Both the position numbers and the translations under genes were made by a program. Shown here in pieces: positions 46,513 to 56,043 of a stretch of 64,000 bases of DNA (position 1 is its first letter; each line of letters begins with the position of its first letter). The DNA is taken from positions 4,692-68,691 of the forward strand of contig CAWVWT010000005.1 in assembly GCA_963934015.1 (NCBI GenBank), read 5' to 3'. The stretch is from an uncultured Candidatus Poseidoniales archaeon (GTDB lineage Archaea > Thermoplasmatota > Poseidoniia > Poseidoniales > Thalassarchaeaceae). The notes under the pieces are model-generated. The model was not told the origin of the DNA. It ran no database searches and saw only the letters and a list, made by a program, of their open reading frames with translations.

Positions 46513-47793
46513 TCAGTACACGTCACGCAAGTAGCGTTTCTCTTCCTTCATCAGTGTCTGCTCGACAAATGCCTTGCCATCTTCTTCTGAATAACCACCA
46601 TACTCAACACAGATGTTGATGAGCGTCTTGTGGACATCCTTTGCCATGTAATTCTTATCCCCACAAACGTAGAAGTAACCACCGTTGTCAATCCAGTCCC
46701 AAATTTCAGCACCATGAGAGGCCATGAGATGTTGTACGTAGACCTTCTCTGGACCTTCTCGAGACCAAGCTAAATCGAGTTTGTCAATCGTACCATCCTC
46801 GACAAATCCACTCATCTCATCCCGATATAGGTACTCTCCTTCTTCTGTCCAATCGCCAAAGAACAACCAATTACGCCCCTTTGCATTGTCCATCTTTCGT
46901 TGTTGAATGAACGCACGGAATGGTGCAATTCCAGTTCCCGGACCAACCATGATAATGTCCTTATCACCATCTTCAGGGAGGATGAATGATCGGGTAGGGG
47001 ACATGAAAACGCGGACGCTGTCCGTCCCTTCCGGTACCCGGTCCGCTAGATATCCGGTTGTCAAACCAGTCTTGGCTCGGCCTTCCCCTTCATACCGAAC
47101 AATTCCAACTGTCAAGTGAACTGTACCAGGTTCAAAATCTGGAGAAGAGGCGATTGAATAGAGGCGTGGTTTCAAACGATCAATTTGATCAACGAATTCT
47201 TGACCACTAAACCCAAGGTGCCCGAAGTCATTGAGAACATCGATGTAATCGCGACCCCAGAGATAATTTTCCATTTCTTTGTCATCTGAACGCAAAGTGT
47301 TCCACAGTTCTAGAGATGGGTCGACGTTGTCATCTGCAGGGTTGTATCCCTCGGGGTAATCATCTTCATCTCCCGACCAGGACCAATGCATTGTCGCTTG
47401 CCCAGAATCGACCGAGGTGCGAACACGCTTGACGATTCGAATTTCAGTGGAATCGCCTAATAACTCGAATTTCTGGCCGATACTCGCGACGAATTTTCGA
47501 TTGGCTTGGTGAATTTCATAGTGATTTGACAGGGCATCGACAAGACTCATCTCTCCTGCATGTGTGTCAACGATTCCATCAGCATCGGCTCCAAGTGCTA
47601 CAAGCACATCTTCGACCAATTCAGTCGATGTGATTGGAATAACTCCCAGCGCGTCACCTGCTTTGTATTCTAATCCAGAGTCACCCAAATCAAATACAAT
47701 ATGACGAGTTTCTTTTCTTGAACCCTCACCATTCAAGACATGGTTCACGGTGACTGTCGAATCATAGGGGTTCTTTGCACTCCATTCTGACAA
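46513..47793 (-). CDS. CysJ/CPR-type FAD- and NADPH-binding reductase domain protein (no flavodoxin domain)
   Basis: RLYSIASSP, GPGTGIAPFRAF, YVCGD, and the C-terminal RYLRDVY. Confidence 0.8.
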   Translation of the reverse strand: MSEWSAKNPYDSTVTVNHVLNGEGSRKETRHIVFDLGDSGLEYKAGDALGVIPITSTELVEDVLVALGADADGIVDTHAGEMSLVDALSNHYEIHQANRKFVASIGQKFELLGDSTEIRIVKRVRTSVDSGQATMHWSWSGDEDDYPEGYNPADDNVDPSLELWNTLRSDDKEMENYLWGRDYIDVLNDFGHLGFSGQEFVDQIDRLKPRLYSIASSPDFEPGTVHLTVGIVRYEGEGRAKTGLTTGYLADRVPEGTDSVRVFMSPTRSFILPEDGDKDIIMVGPGTGIAPFRAFIQQRKMDNAKGRNWLFFGDWTEEGEYLYRDEMSGFVEDGTIDKLDLAWSREGPEKVYVQHLMASHGAEIWDWIDNGGYFYVCGDKNYMAKDVHKTLINICVEYGGYSEEDGKAFVEQTLMKEEKRYLRDVY

Positions 47794-47974
47794 TGTATCA
47801 ACTCAAGTGTTACTCAAATCCAAGGGGGATATTATGAGCGCCTCGTCTTTCATATTTCAAGCAACGGGGTCAGCCCCTAGCCATCAATAATATTACCTTC
47901 AATAATGGATATTTCACTCGGGAAGAGTGAGCCACAAACTTGACCTGTAATCATCTTCACGCGAATTTTGAGAG

Positions 47975-48703
47975 ATGCGAATGGTAGAGTTATCCTTTCT
48001 CGGCTCAGGGAATGCATTTTGTCCGATGGGGAGGCTTCATTCACTTGTTCTCATCGATGGAAAAATGCTTGTGGATGCACCCCCCACAGTCATCCCACAG
48101 TTACGGGAACAAGGGATTTCACCAGCCGACATCCAAGATTTATTTATCACCCATTGGCATGGTGATCACACTTTTGGGCTCCCCTTTCTATTGCTAGAAC
48201 GGAAATGGATTTCAGATCGTCAGTCCAAGAATATGCTGAGAATACATGCACATACTGGCGGTGAGGAAAGGCTCATGCAACTTTGCGAACTCGCCTATCC
48301 AGAATCATTGAACGACTTATCATGGGTTTCGTACCATACTGCGAATGGTGATGCACATGGATGGACATTTGAGCGCTTTGAGGTCTGCCACGACCCAGCA
48401 ACAGAACCACATGGATACCGATTTGAAAAGGATGGGTTTGTTCTCGTGCATTGTGGTGATTCAGGGCCATGTGAAAATATCGAACGGCTCGCAGGTGAGG
48501 CTGATGTGATGATTATTGAACTTGGCATCCCCGATTATGTCGATAGCCCCTACCACTACACACCATCACGCCTGAGAATTCTAGCCCTGGATAATCCAGA
48601 TACCATTTTCTTGGCGACCCACAATTTTTCCGATGGAGGAAGCACATCTGAGTTGCCCAGCAATGTGATTGAAGTTGAAGATGGGGATAAGTACACTTAC
48701 TAA
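47975..48703 (+). CDS. metallo-beta-lactamase fold hydrolase
   Basis: HWHGDH motif, later HCGDSG. 242 aa. Confidence 0.7.
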   Translation: MRMVELSFLGSGNAFCPMGRLHSLVLIDGKMLVDAPPTVIPQLREQGISPADIQDLFITHWHGDHTFGLPFLLLERKWISDRQSKNMLRIHAHTGGEERLMQLCELAYPESLNDLSWVSYHTANGDAHGWTFERFEVCHDPATEPHGYRFEKDGFVLVHCGDSGPCENIERLAGEADVMIIELGIPDYVDSPYHYTPSRLRILALDNPDTIFLATHNFSDGGSTSELPSNVIEVEDGDKYTY

Positions 48704-49154
48704 TTTGTAATTATACAAGTTTAAAATATATCCTTGTTTTGAGATAAAAAGGGGGTCAGATTCTCACATTCCAGGTGGTATCCAATTGGAATGCCGACAT
48801 TTTTCCTTGTCAGTTTTATTTTTTCGATTATCCAATGGCTCCCTAGATTTCATCCCATAGGTGGGGGGTCAAAAGAAGGTGGTATTTTACAAAATTCAAT
48901 ATGTTTCTCGACTGGGTTAAAGTCATCCGGAATCGGGGGTAGCAAAGTCTTTTTATTGTTAAATTCGGCGTCTGAACTGATTCAGAGGCGGATGTGAAGA
49001 AGTGAGTTTTAAACAACCGAATCTCCATACTCCAGCAAGGATGGCAAGCATCCTTAAATGTCCAAAGTAATTCGGGAAAAACCCTGTAGCCTTCGGAAGA
49101 CCATGTGGTGGCGCACAATAGTCTGGCACACAGGAAATGCGGAAGTGTTCAAAA
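48704..49154. promoter_or_regulatory. candidate replication origin / orc1 promoter region
   Basis: A 450-nt non-coding, partly AT-rich spacer immediately upstream of orc1/cdc6. Three G-tracts on one strand (48751..48755, 48863..48868, 48935..48939). AGGTGGTAT occurs twice. Inverted repeats: CATTCCA-13 nt-TGGAATG (48767..48793), TCTGAA-CTGA-TTCAGA (48971..48986) and AAGGATG-GCAAG-CATCCTT (49037..49055). Confidence 0.35.
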
Positions 49155-50402
49155 ATGAGTGAAAATCTTTTCGACGATCTTCTGCGTGTGAAAAGCCTCT
49201 TCCGAGATAGGCGCGCACTCGGTCATGCATTCAATCCAGAAAATTTACCTCACAGGCTAGATGAGATTTCTGCACTTGTCAACAACCTTGTGGAAGCGTT
49301 GAGGGGGCATGCACCATCCAACATGAATCTGTATGGCAGGCCAGGGTCTGGAAAAACTGCTGTAACCCGATTTGTTTGCCGTGATTTAGAATCTAAGGGT
49401 GCTGCCGAAGGGTGTAAAATTAGTACTGTCGAAATCAACTGTAGAAATATCGATACGAAGTATAGAGTTCTCGCAGAGATTGGGAATAAATTAGCAGAAG
49501 AAGGAGATGAACCAATTCCTTTCACAGGATGGCCAGCTGACAAAGTATTCGATCGCGTTCGCGCGCGTATGCAAGCGCGCGCGGGTGTACACGTAATCAT
49601 ACTCGATGAGATTGATCATCTGGTTCGTAAAGGTTCAGAAGGAGACGATTTACTCTACAGTTTGACCAGCCTAAATATCGGATTACTCGAAGGAGCATTC
49701 TGCTGTGTTATTGGAATTAGTAACGACCTAGCGTTCACTGAATTGTTGGACCCAAGAGTTCAATCCCGTCTCGCGCCTATCGACGTTGTCTTCGCTCCAT
49801 ATAATGCAGCACAATTAGAGGACGTGCTGAAGCCACGAGCAATACGGGGTATCAAGCAAGATGTTCTGGATGATTCGGTTATACCACTGTGTGCTGCTCT
49901 GGCTGCTAAAGAAGATGGGGACGCACGCAGGGCTCTTGATTTACTACGAATTTCAGTTCAACAGGCAGAGCAAAGCGAGGTGGATGTTGTCGGCATTAAT
50001 CATGTACGAAAAGCACAAAATCAACTAGAATTTGATCAGATAACTCCTACAATTCAAGACCTTCCATTACAACAAAAATTGGTATTATTTTCCATCTTAA
50101 TCAATGAAAGAAATGGGTTGTCAAACATCTCGACTGGTGAGGTGTATGGTACATATGAAATCGCTTGTGAGAATGCGGGGGAAAGACCGTTGACAAGTCG
50201 GCGAGTTTCCTCACTTATCCGCGGCTTAGACATGGCTGGAATCATCACGGCTAAGACGACAAGTCGGGGCCGGCACGGAATGTCCAAACGAATCAATTCT
50301 TGCTTGCCTCCTGCCTTTGACGCCCTAAAGGTGATGCATTCCGCTGAACAGGTAATGGATGATGTTGTCAACGCTCGATATCGCCTACAGAATCGGCTCT
50401 AG
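49155..50402 (+). CDS. cdc6: Orc1/Cdc6 replication initiator
   Basis: AAA+ Walker A GRPGSGKTA, Walker B IILDEIDHL, and a C-terminal winged helix. ATG at 49155 (MSENLFDDLL). Confidence 0.9.
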   Translation: MSENLFDDLLRVKSLFRDRRALGHAFNPENLPHRLDEISALVNNLVEALRGHAPSNMNLYGRPGSGKTAVTRFVCRDLESKGAAEGCKISTVEINCRNIDTKYRVLAEIGNKLAEEGDEPIPFTGWPADKVFDRVRARMQARAGVHVIILDEIDHLVRKGSEGDDLLYSLTSLNIGLLEGAFCCVIGISNDLAFTELLDPRVQSRLAPIDVVFAPYNAAQLEDVLKPRAIRGIKQDVLDDSVIPLCAALAAKEDGDARRALDLLRISVQQAEQSEVDVVGINHVRKAQNQLEFDQITPTIQDLPLQQKLVLFSILINERNGLSNISTGEVYGTYEIACENAGERPLTSRRVSSLIRGLDMAGIITAKTTSRGRHGMSKRINSCLPPAFDALKVMHSAEQVMDDVVNARYRLQNRL

Positions 50403-50440
50403 AGGTGCCATTCGTAGGGTGTGTTCTGCGGGTAACGGTT

Positions 50441-51001
50441 ATGACGAGGGCTTCGGTCGCCGAGCCGATGACCGCAGATGATGTTCATGAAGGGCGCCCG
50501 CTCGCTTCACTGGCCTTTGCCCTCGGAATTTGGGCAACTGTACTTGGAATCCTCAACATCATGTATGGTATTGGGGGTACCGCTGAGAACAAACTGAAAG
50601 TCGTATGGGCGGCCTATCTGAGCGTCGGCCAACTCTATCCTGATCTTTTCACATCTGATATGGTCTTCCGACCAGCAAGCGATTCTGTTTTCATGGCTCT
50701 TTCAATTGGTCTAATGACATGGAGTGGTCGTTGCATACACAATTCAACAGAAGGTGGCATTATTGCTTGGATTCAAGGGGTATTCACCTGTGATTCATGG
50801 CTTAGCTTAATGTCGACAAAAGAAGCAGGTGGTCAAATGACTGCAGCCATGTGGTGTATTGTCTTGGGTCTTGGTTTCTACATCTATCAAAGCATCGTCC
50901 ATTGGAATTGGGTTGATGTTGGAGTCTACTCAGTCACTGCGGCTCTACTTGGCTTTGGGGTTGCTTTGATGTTTGCAGCCAAGGCTGAAATGGAAGAATA
51001 A
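50441..51001 (+). CDS. hypothetical polytopic membrane protein
   Basis: About five hydrophobic helices. ATG at 50441. No motif recognised. Confidence 0.5.
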   Translation: MTRASVAEPMTADDVHEGRPLASLAFALGIWATVLGILNIMYGIGGTAENKLKVVWAAYLSVGQLYPDLFTSDMVFRPASDSVFMALSIGLMTWSGRCIHNSTEGGIIAWIQGVFTCDSWLSLMSTKEAGGQMTAAMWCIVLGLGFYIYQSIVHWNWVDVGVYSVTAALLGFGVALMFAAKAEMEE

Positions 51002-52024
51002 TCACTCTTTCTTTTGGAATGGTCGTGAATGTCCATTACGGCCGAGGATAGCGTCGACGGTTCCTAGAAAAGCACCAACCCAAAGCGCCCCGCTCCACAA
51101 TAATTGATGCCAACGTGATGCGTATAATATACCCCAGATTCCTGCTGTGGAGGCTGCTATCCACCACAAGTAATCCTGTTCCGGTAACCACAGCAATAGT
51201 GTGACAGCCATGCCCAAACCAATGAGGGCGATTGGAAGCATCCAAACAACATCTTTTGCATCACCTACAAAATCATGTAGATGGGTGTAGCCATTTGGCT
51301 TGAGAACTCCATGGCGCCCAAAACGCCTACGGATTCGCATATGGGCCCTCGCATCACGACAGCGCTTGAACAAAAATTGGCGCAACGAAGATTCTGCAAC
51401 ATGATGCACTACTGCTGCAGGAGTATGCACGATGACCCCCCCTTCCTGTAGCAATAGTAAACTAACTTCCATATCTTCAGCGTGATACCATTTTGGATCA
51501 AAACCACCCACCCCAATCAATGCCTCTCGCTCAAACATTGAACACGGCCCATTGGCTAAACTTGTGAGGCGGGGCCGACTTGTGTATTTTCGTGCGATTG
51601 AACGAGCACGAAGTCGACTCGTCACAGTATCGCCTTCGTCAAAGATGGTGCGACCAGTAACTGCCAGAACTTGTTCATCCTCCAATCCATCACTCACAAG
51701 ATACATTTCTGAAATCCAGTATGGGTCAGGCCGGCAATCAATATCTGTAATTGCAACCCATTCGCCATTCGAATGTTCAAGAGCTAAATTTCGACCGGCA
51801 GATAACCCGATTGGAGGCTGTTTGAGTACACTTACAATAATGCCATTATGTACACCTTCCCATGCTTTTAATTTTGTAAATCCACCATCTTTTGAACCAT
51901 CATCGACAGCGATGATTTCTAACGGACGGTAGGTTTGTTTTACGAGAGCTGAAAGACAATTGTCAACCCATTGTTCTGCATCTCGCATGCAAACTGTAAG
52001 GCTAATTAAAGGCCCATCGGACAT
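51002..52024 (-). CDS. family 2 glycosyltransferase with C-terminal TM segments
   Basis: ISLTVCMRDAEQWV, AVDDGSKDG, ITDIDC (DxD), FDPKWYHAEDMEV. Confidence 0.8.
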   Translation of the reverse strand: MSDGPLISLTVCMRDAEQWVDNCLSALVKQTYRPLEIIAVDDGSKDGGFTKLKAWEGVHNGIIVSVLKQPPIGLSAGRNLALEHSNGEWVAITDIDCRPDPYWISEMYLVSDGLEDEQVLAVTGRTIFDEGDTVTSRLRARSIARKYTSRPRLTSLANGPCSMFEREALIGVGGFDPKWYHAEDMEVSLLLLQEGGVIVHTPAAVVHHVAESSLRQFLFKRCRDARAHMRIRRRFGRHGVLKPNGYTHLHDFVGDAKDVVWMLPIALIGLGMAVTLLLWLPEQDYLWWIAASTAGIWGILYASRWHQLLWSGALWVGAFLGTVDAILGRNGHSRPFQKKE

Positions 52025-52028
52025 GTAC

Positions 52029-53036
52029 TCACCTGACTTCGAATGTATTCAGTAAAGCACGGCAGCGTGCCTTTGTTGATTCATCTGTAACCCGAAGAAC
52101 AACACCAGCAGACGGTTGTCCATAGAGTACAACTGTACCAAGCGGGGCGAGGAGGTGAATCAGGATTGGCGCAAGATCTTCCTCTCCATCAACTTCGAGT
52201 AAAACAGGGCCACCTCCTTCAGAAAATGCAAAATCAAGTGCTAAATCAGCGCACTCCAACAACTCAGGCGTAAGTTGCCCTGCTGGATTTTCGCATGCGA
52301 GATGACCAACAAAAGATGATTTGTCAAGTTCGCCATCCCACGCTATACGTTTTGTGAGGCCATCAACGATACCAACATCAGGAACCCAACCGGTTTCCAA
52401 CAAAGCATTCACTGTAACATCGCCTACAGCAACCAAGCAAGGGGAAAATGCAGGGATTGCCTCAACTGCGGCTTGAATCGCCACCTCAGGAGTGTCCTCT
52501 GGCCCAGGGAATAGTGTGCCCATCGGGTCTTTCAATTCCGAACCTAGGTTTGTTGGCATATGAACGACTTGTTCAAGATCTGTTGCAAGTATCCACAGAT
52601 TACCCTCACGATCAATACTTCCTTGTCGGATACGTGAAGATGAGATGGGGGCACCATCTTGAGCGAGGACATGTGTAACCTCAATGAGTTCCAATGATTT
52701 GAGGCCACTTTCCAATCGCATTTGATTGATCTTTTCACAATTTTCTTGTGTTTCGGGTGTGCATACAATATGTGTTGCATCTGCTCTGGTTGGAGCGGGT
52801 CCCCATGGATCTTCTAGCGTGTGTGTTGATATTGAACGACCTTCAGCCCAATCTGAAATGGCTTGTTCACGTTCAACCTGTGGTTTGATTCGCGGATCTT
52901 TCTCCGCAGCAATAGCATCAGAAGTGACCCATACCTCGACATAATCACAATCGAAAGCGGCTTCAAGTAGAGTTTGATGTCCAGCATGAAAGCAATCGAA
53001 TGTCCCGCCGACAAGGCAAAGGGTTGTGCTCATCAA
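52029..53036 (-). CDS. fusion of archaeal-type phosphopantetheine adenylyltransferase and a DUF359-type (GTP-dependent) dephospho-CoA kinase
   Basis: N-terminal nucleotidyltransferase motif LVGGTFDCFHAGH. The C-terminal half carries LVAVGDVTVNALLETGWVPDVGIVDGLTKR, matching the remembered GDV...D.KT.R pattern of archaeal DPCK. Confidence 0.65.
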   Translation of the reverse strand: MMSTTLCLVGGTFDCFHAGHQTLLEAAFDCDYVEVWVTSDAIAAEKDPRIKPQVEREQAISDWAEGRSISTHTLEDPWGPAPTRADATHIVCTPETQENCEKINQMRLESGLKSLELIEVTHVLAQDGAPISSSRIRQGSIDREGNLWILATDLEQVVHMPTNLGSELKDPMGTLFPGPEDTPEVAIQAAVEAIPAFSPCLVAVGDVTVNALLETGWVPDVGIVDGLTKRIAWDGELDKSSFVGHLACENPAGQLTPELLECADLALDFAFSEGGGPVLLEVDGEEDLAPILIHLLAPLGTVVLYGQPSAGVVLRVTDESTKARCRALLNTFEVR

Positions 53037-53059
53037 TTGAATGGGGCCATTCGCAGTCT

Positions 53060-53385
53060 TTCAATCCGGCGGACGAGAAAGTGTGCCCCGGGGCGTAACG
53101 GACCATTTCATCGCCGTAGCTCGTGATCCTGACCCAGCCCCAGGACATGTGTCGGACCGGGGGGTTGTCCCATGAATCATCCTATCGTCCTCTGGGGACC
53201 CATAACCCGGTTCGTTGCCCACCCGCTTGCACCGACGTTTCATTCCCAAAAGGGTCCGGTCGGTCTTCGATGGGGTGGGTTAGGCCCAGCATTGGTACCG
53301 AAGATCATCGCCCAACCCGGCGTCGGGAGGGCTCACAGCGGTGTTGCAGCCGGGCAGGTCGACCGAACCGGCCGGGTTTATTGAA
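53060..53385. ncRNA. unclassified GC-rich structured RNA candidate (about 326 nt)
   Basis: A 358-nt spacer between two minus-strand genes that looks clearly more GC-rich than its surroundings. The ends can pair (TTCAA-T-CCGGC 53060..53070 with GCCGG-GTTTA-TTGAA 53371..53385). Nested helices: CCCC-AGGAC 53138..53146 with GTCCT-CT-GGGG 53187..53197, GGAC/GTCC 53154..53170, and the palindrome GCCCCGGGGC 53085..53094. Strand and family are not determined. Confidence 0.3.
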
Positions 53386-53394
53386 CTCATTGAA

Positions 53395-56043
53395 TCAAAA
53401 GTCTAGAGGGTTCCGAGATAGTTCGGCATGCCACCCGGATGACATTTTTGCCAAACGTGCTGAAATGCGTGCATCCCCTGCAGTCTTCTGAATGATTTCA
53501 GTAGAGGGCCACCGATGTGTAGGAATGGCCAACCACCCAACCATGGGATGAGTACGCCCGAAGGTTGGCGTGGTAAAATCACGTCCAGCTCGGAGGGCAT
53601 CTCCGAGATCATGTATCATTTGAGAACCAAGTAATTCTTCGGACCATTCATTATGCTCAGTCAATCTCTCAAGTCGTGTGAGAAGGGTGCGCCTTACACC
53701 CCCATGCTGTGTAGATGTATCACCGGGAATACGATGTAATTCCCCAATTGGCCTGAGAATCAAAGCGGGCCAAGCGATATCCATCTTGGCAAGTAATTGA
53801 ATTCCAATTGGGTCATCAGATAGTGCAGTGAGAATAATTTCTGAAACCGGAGCCCACCACTCTTCAGGTAATCTCTCAACAATCAGTGCCATGATTGTTG
53901 AATGTGGGCGAGTTCCAGTAACATACCAATCGTCCAATATAGCCCAAAGATGTAAATCATGATCTTGTGGCTTTGAATATCCAATCGACCGTGCCTGCAA
54001 TCTCCAATCTTCGGATTCAGATACCATACGTTCAGGAAATTGATTTGCAAGCCAATCTAATCCTGCAATTACGGCTGAACAACGAGCGGGGGGGTCCTCC
54101 AAAAATCGATCGATTCCCCATGTGGCCAAATCAGTTTGAATCTCAGCGGTTAGCCAAGCCACTTCAGATAAGAGAATATGAGCCACCCATGCAGCCTCTT
54201 GTGGGGATGCGGATTCAGATGAATGACGTAACTCATGGGCCATTTCTGAATCCACCCGGATTCGATTTCGGACATCTTCAATGAGAACCTGGTGCCATTT
54301 GGATGAGGTATTGAGGGCTGCTTTACTCAGTGCTTCGTTTGGAATGTCTTCTGATTTTAGCAAACCTATCCATTTCTCACCCAGTATCACCCCGATACGT
54401 TCCCACCGAGACCATCTATCCGCTGGCGTCGAAGCAATCCAAGCAATGAGGGGGTGTTGAGCTTCCATTTGATTGGCCCATTCAGAATCACCCAATGGAT
54501 AAGTAAGAACTGCAGCACGCAGCAATCGACCTTTGTTTTCATCGGGTTGCATATTGGGAATGGGGCTTCCTTCTGATTTACCGCCAAGTGCTTGTTTGGC
54601 TGATTCAACTTCAGTTGCATTTGTGGGAGCTACCCAAATAATCTCATCAAAAAGGGTTTCAGTAGATGTTGCTGGTAAAAGATTGACTGGAACTGTGAGG
54701 CCTTCAAGTAATGATAGACTTGCCCACATCGAAGGCAATACCGAGTGGGGTTGAATACAATTGGCAGTGGGTGGGTTCTGCCACTGTGAGGATAGAAGCA
54801 ACCGCACATTTTCTGGTAATCGTGAGGAAGCGAATACCACATGGGTGGATGGGCGAGCTTCGACGACTAAATCAAAACCAGATTGGGACAATGCCCATTC
54901 AATAAGAGATTTTTCAGCTTGATTTGAGAGAGAACCTGTGTCGATCCAATCACCCATGCTGAGGGGTTCGGTAGACCAAGTTGTGTCACCCCAATGCTTT
55001 CGAAACCTTCTCCAGGTTGTGTCGTCTACTTTGCGGCGCCTTGATTTGATGGAGTCTGTCAGGGCTTCTCGCAAAAGGCGGAATCGCTCAATTCGCTCGC
55101 TTGAGCGAAGACGCGGATGAGCGATTTCCATCCAGTCCTCCAACACCTCAAATGGAATACTCCGAGTTGATTTTTCGAATTTCCCTCGTGGTGCAAATGT
55201 GATAGCGTTTGGTGATGCTGCGCCGAGCAATGCCTCTCTACTCATACGATCAAGGTCGAGGGCGAGCAGAGGTGAATCCAACCGGAGCACTGGTCCTTCA
55301 ATAGCTAGTGAACCCAACCGCCACAAACCATCTTCTGAAATATGGTCAGGTAATATTGCTTGCCGGGGTTCCTCCAATTCCCCAAACCATGAGCCGCTAG
55401 CAAGTTGAAGGGTTTGGGAATTATCAATCAACCTGAATCGCTGTAATCCGATAACTTGCGATTCCCCCCCCCACGCCGCAATATTGCTTGGATCAATTTC
55501 ACGGGAAGGTGGAGATACTGGCAGATATGTTTCCGAGCTCACCCATCTTGGCTTTCTTTCACGTGGTTCGATCCAAGTCCAAACATCATCAGCAGAATGT
55601 TGACTTGTACTATCAAGGGGGCGATTTGGAATCGCAATAGGTCCATCGTGAGGTCGTCCAACAAAAGCGATGAGGAGGTTGTTTTTAGATACTGCAATCA
55701 GCCGACCCAATGCACCCACTGGTGGTTGTTCTACACTAAGATGTTGAATGCGAGCAATTTCATCGACCCGGAGTGTATCCCATCCACGGGCTGAGAGTGC
55801 AAGGCAAGCACCACGTGAACCGGTTTCATCATCAGAGAAAACCAACCCTTCTTTCCGGAGACGTTTCAATTCCGCAGAGGTGTGTGGCAATCGCAGATTA
55901 GCTGATGAGGAAATTTGTGTGACGGTAGCGCGCCCTTCGGATAAACGCTCCAGAATTCGGCGACGAACGCCACTCCTGATGCGCTTCACAGGTAACTGGT
56001 CGGGTTTCTGTTGTTCTTCTTCGGTGTCAGTATCATCCGCCAT
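53395..56043 (-). CDS. large (882 aa) protein with an N-terminal winged-helix DNA-binding domain; remainder unknown
   Basis: After an acidic N-terminus comes RRRILERLSEGRATVTQISSSANLRLPHTSAELKRLRKEGLV (ArsR/TrmB-like wHTH). About 780 aa follow with no recognisable motif. Confidence 0.6.
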   Translation of the reverse strand: MADDTDTEEEQQKPDQLPVKRIRSGVRRRILERLSEGRATVTQISSSANLRLPHTSAELKRLRKEGLVFSDDETGSRGACLALSARGWDTLRVDEIARIQHLSVEQPPVGALGRLIAVSKNNLLIAFVGRPHDGPIAIPNRPLDSTSQHSADDVWTWIEPRERKPRWVSSETYLPVSPPSREIDPSNIAAWGGESQVIGLQRFRLIDNSQTLQLASGSWFGELEEPRQAILPDHISEDGLWRLGSLAIEGPVLRLDSPLLALDLDRMSREALLGAASPNAITFAPRGKFEKSTRSIPFEVLEDWMEIAHPRLRSSERIERFRLLREALTDSIKSRRRKVDDTTWRRFRKHWGDTTWSTEPLSMGDWIDTGSLSNQAEKSLIEWALSQSGFDLVVEARPSTHVVFASSRLPENVRLLLSSQWQNPPTANCIQPHSVLPSMWASLSLLEGLTVPVNLLPATSTETLFDEIIWVAPTNATEVESAKQALGGKSEGSPIPNMQPDENKGRLLRAAVLTYPLGDSEWANQMEAQHPLIAWIASTPADRWSRWERIGVILGEKWIGLLKSEDIPNEALSKAALNTSSKWHQVLIEDVRNRIRVDSEMAHELRHSSESASPQEAAWVAHILLSEVAWLTAEIQTDLATWGIDRFLEDPPARCSAVIAGLDWLANQFPERMVSESEDWRLQARSIGYSKPQDHDLHLWAILDDWYVTGTRPHSTIMALIVERLPEEWWAPVSEIILTALSDDPIGIQLLAKMDIAWPALILRPIGELHRIPGDTSTQHGGVRRTLLTRLERLTEHNEWSEELLGSQMIHDLGDALRAGRDFTTPTFGRTHPMVGWLAIPTHRWPSTEIIQKTAGDARISARLAKMSSGWHAELSRNPLDF

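Noticed and set aside
53037-53394. Firm assignment of the GC-rich spacer as SRP (7S) RNA or RNase P RNA
   Set aside because: Neither strand shows the universal SRP helix-8 motif (GNAR tetraloop flanked by AGG...AGCA) or the RNase P CR-I GGAAAGUCC motif. Only partial resemblances were found, so I left it unclassified.
53061-53491. ORFs of 62 aa (minus, 53061..53249), 122 aa (plus, 53123..53491) and 70 aa (plus, 53172..53384) inside the GC-rich spacer
   Set aside because: They are mutually overlapping, Arg/Gly/Pro-rich and without motifs. The region is better explained as structured non-coding RNA or DNA.
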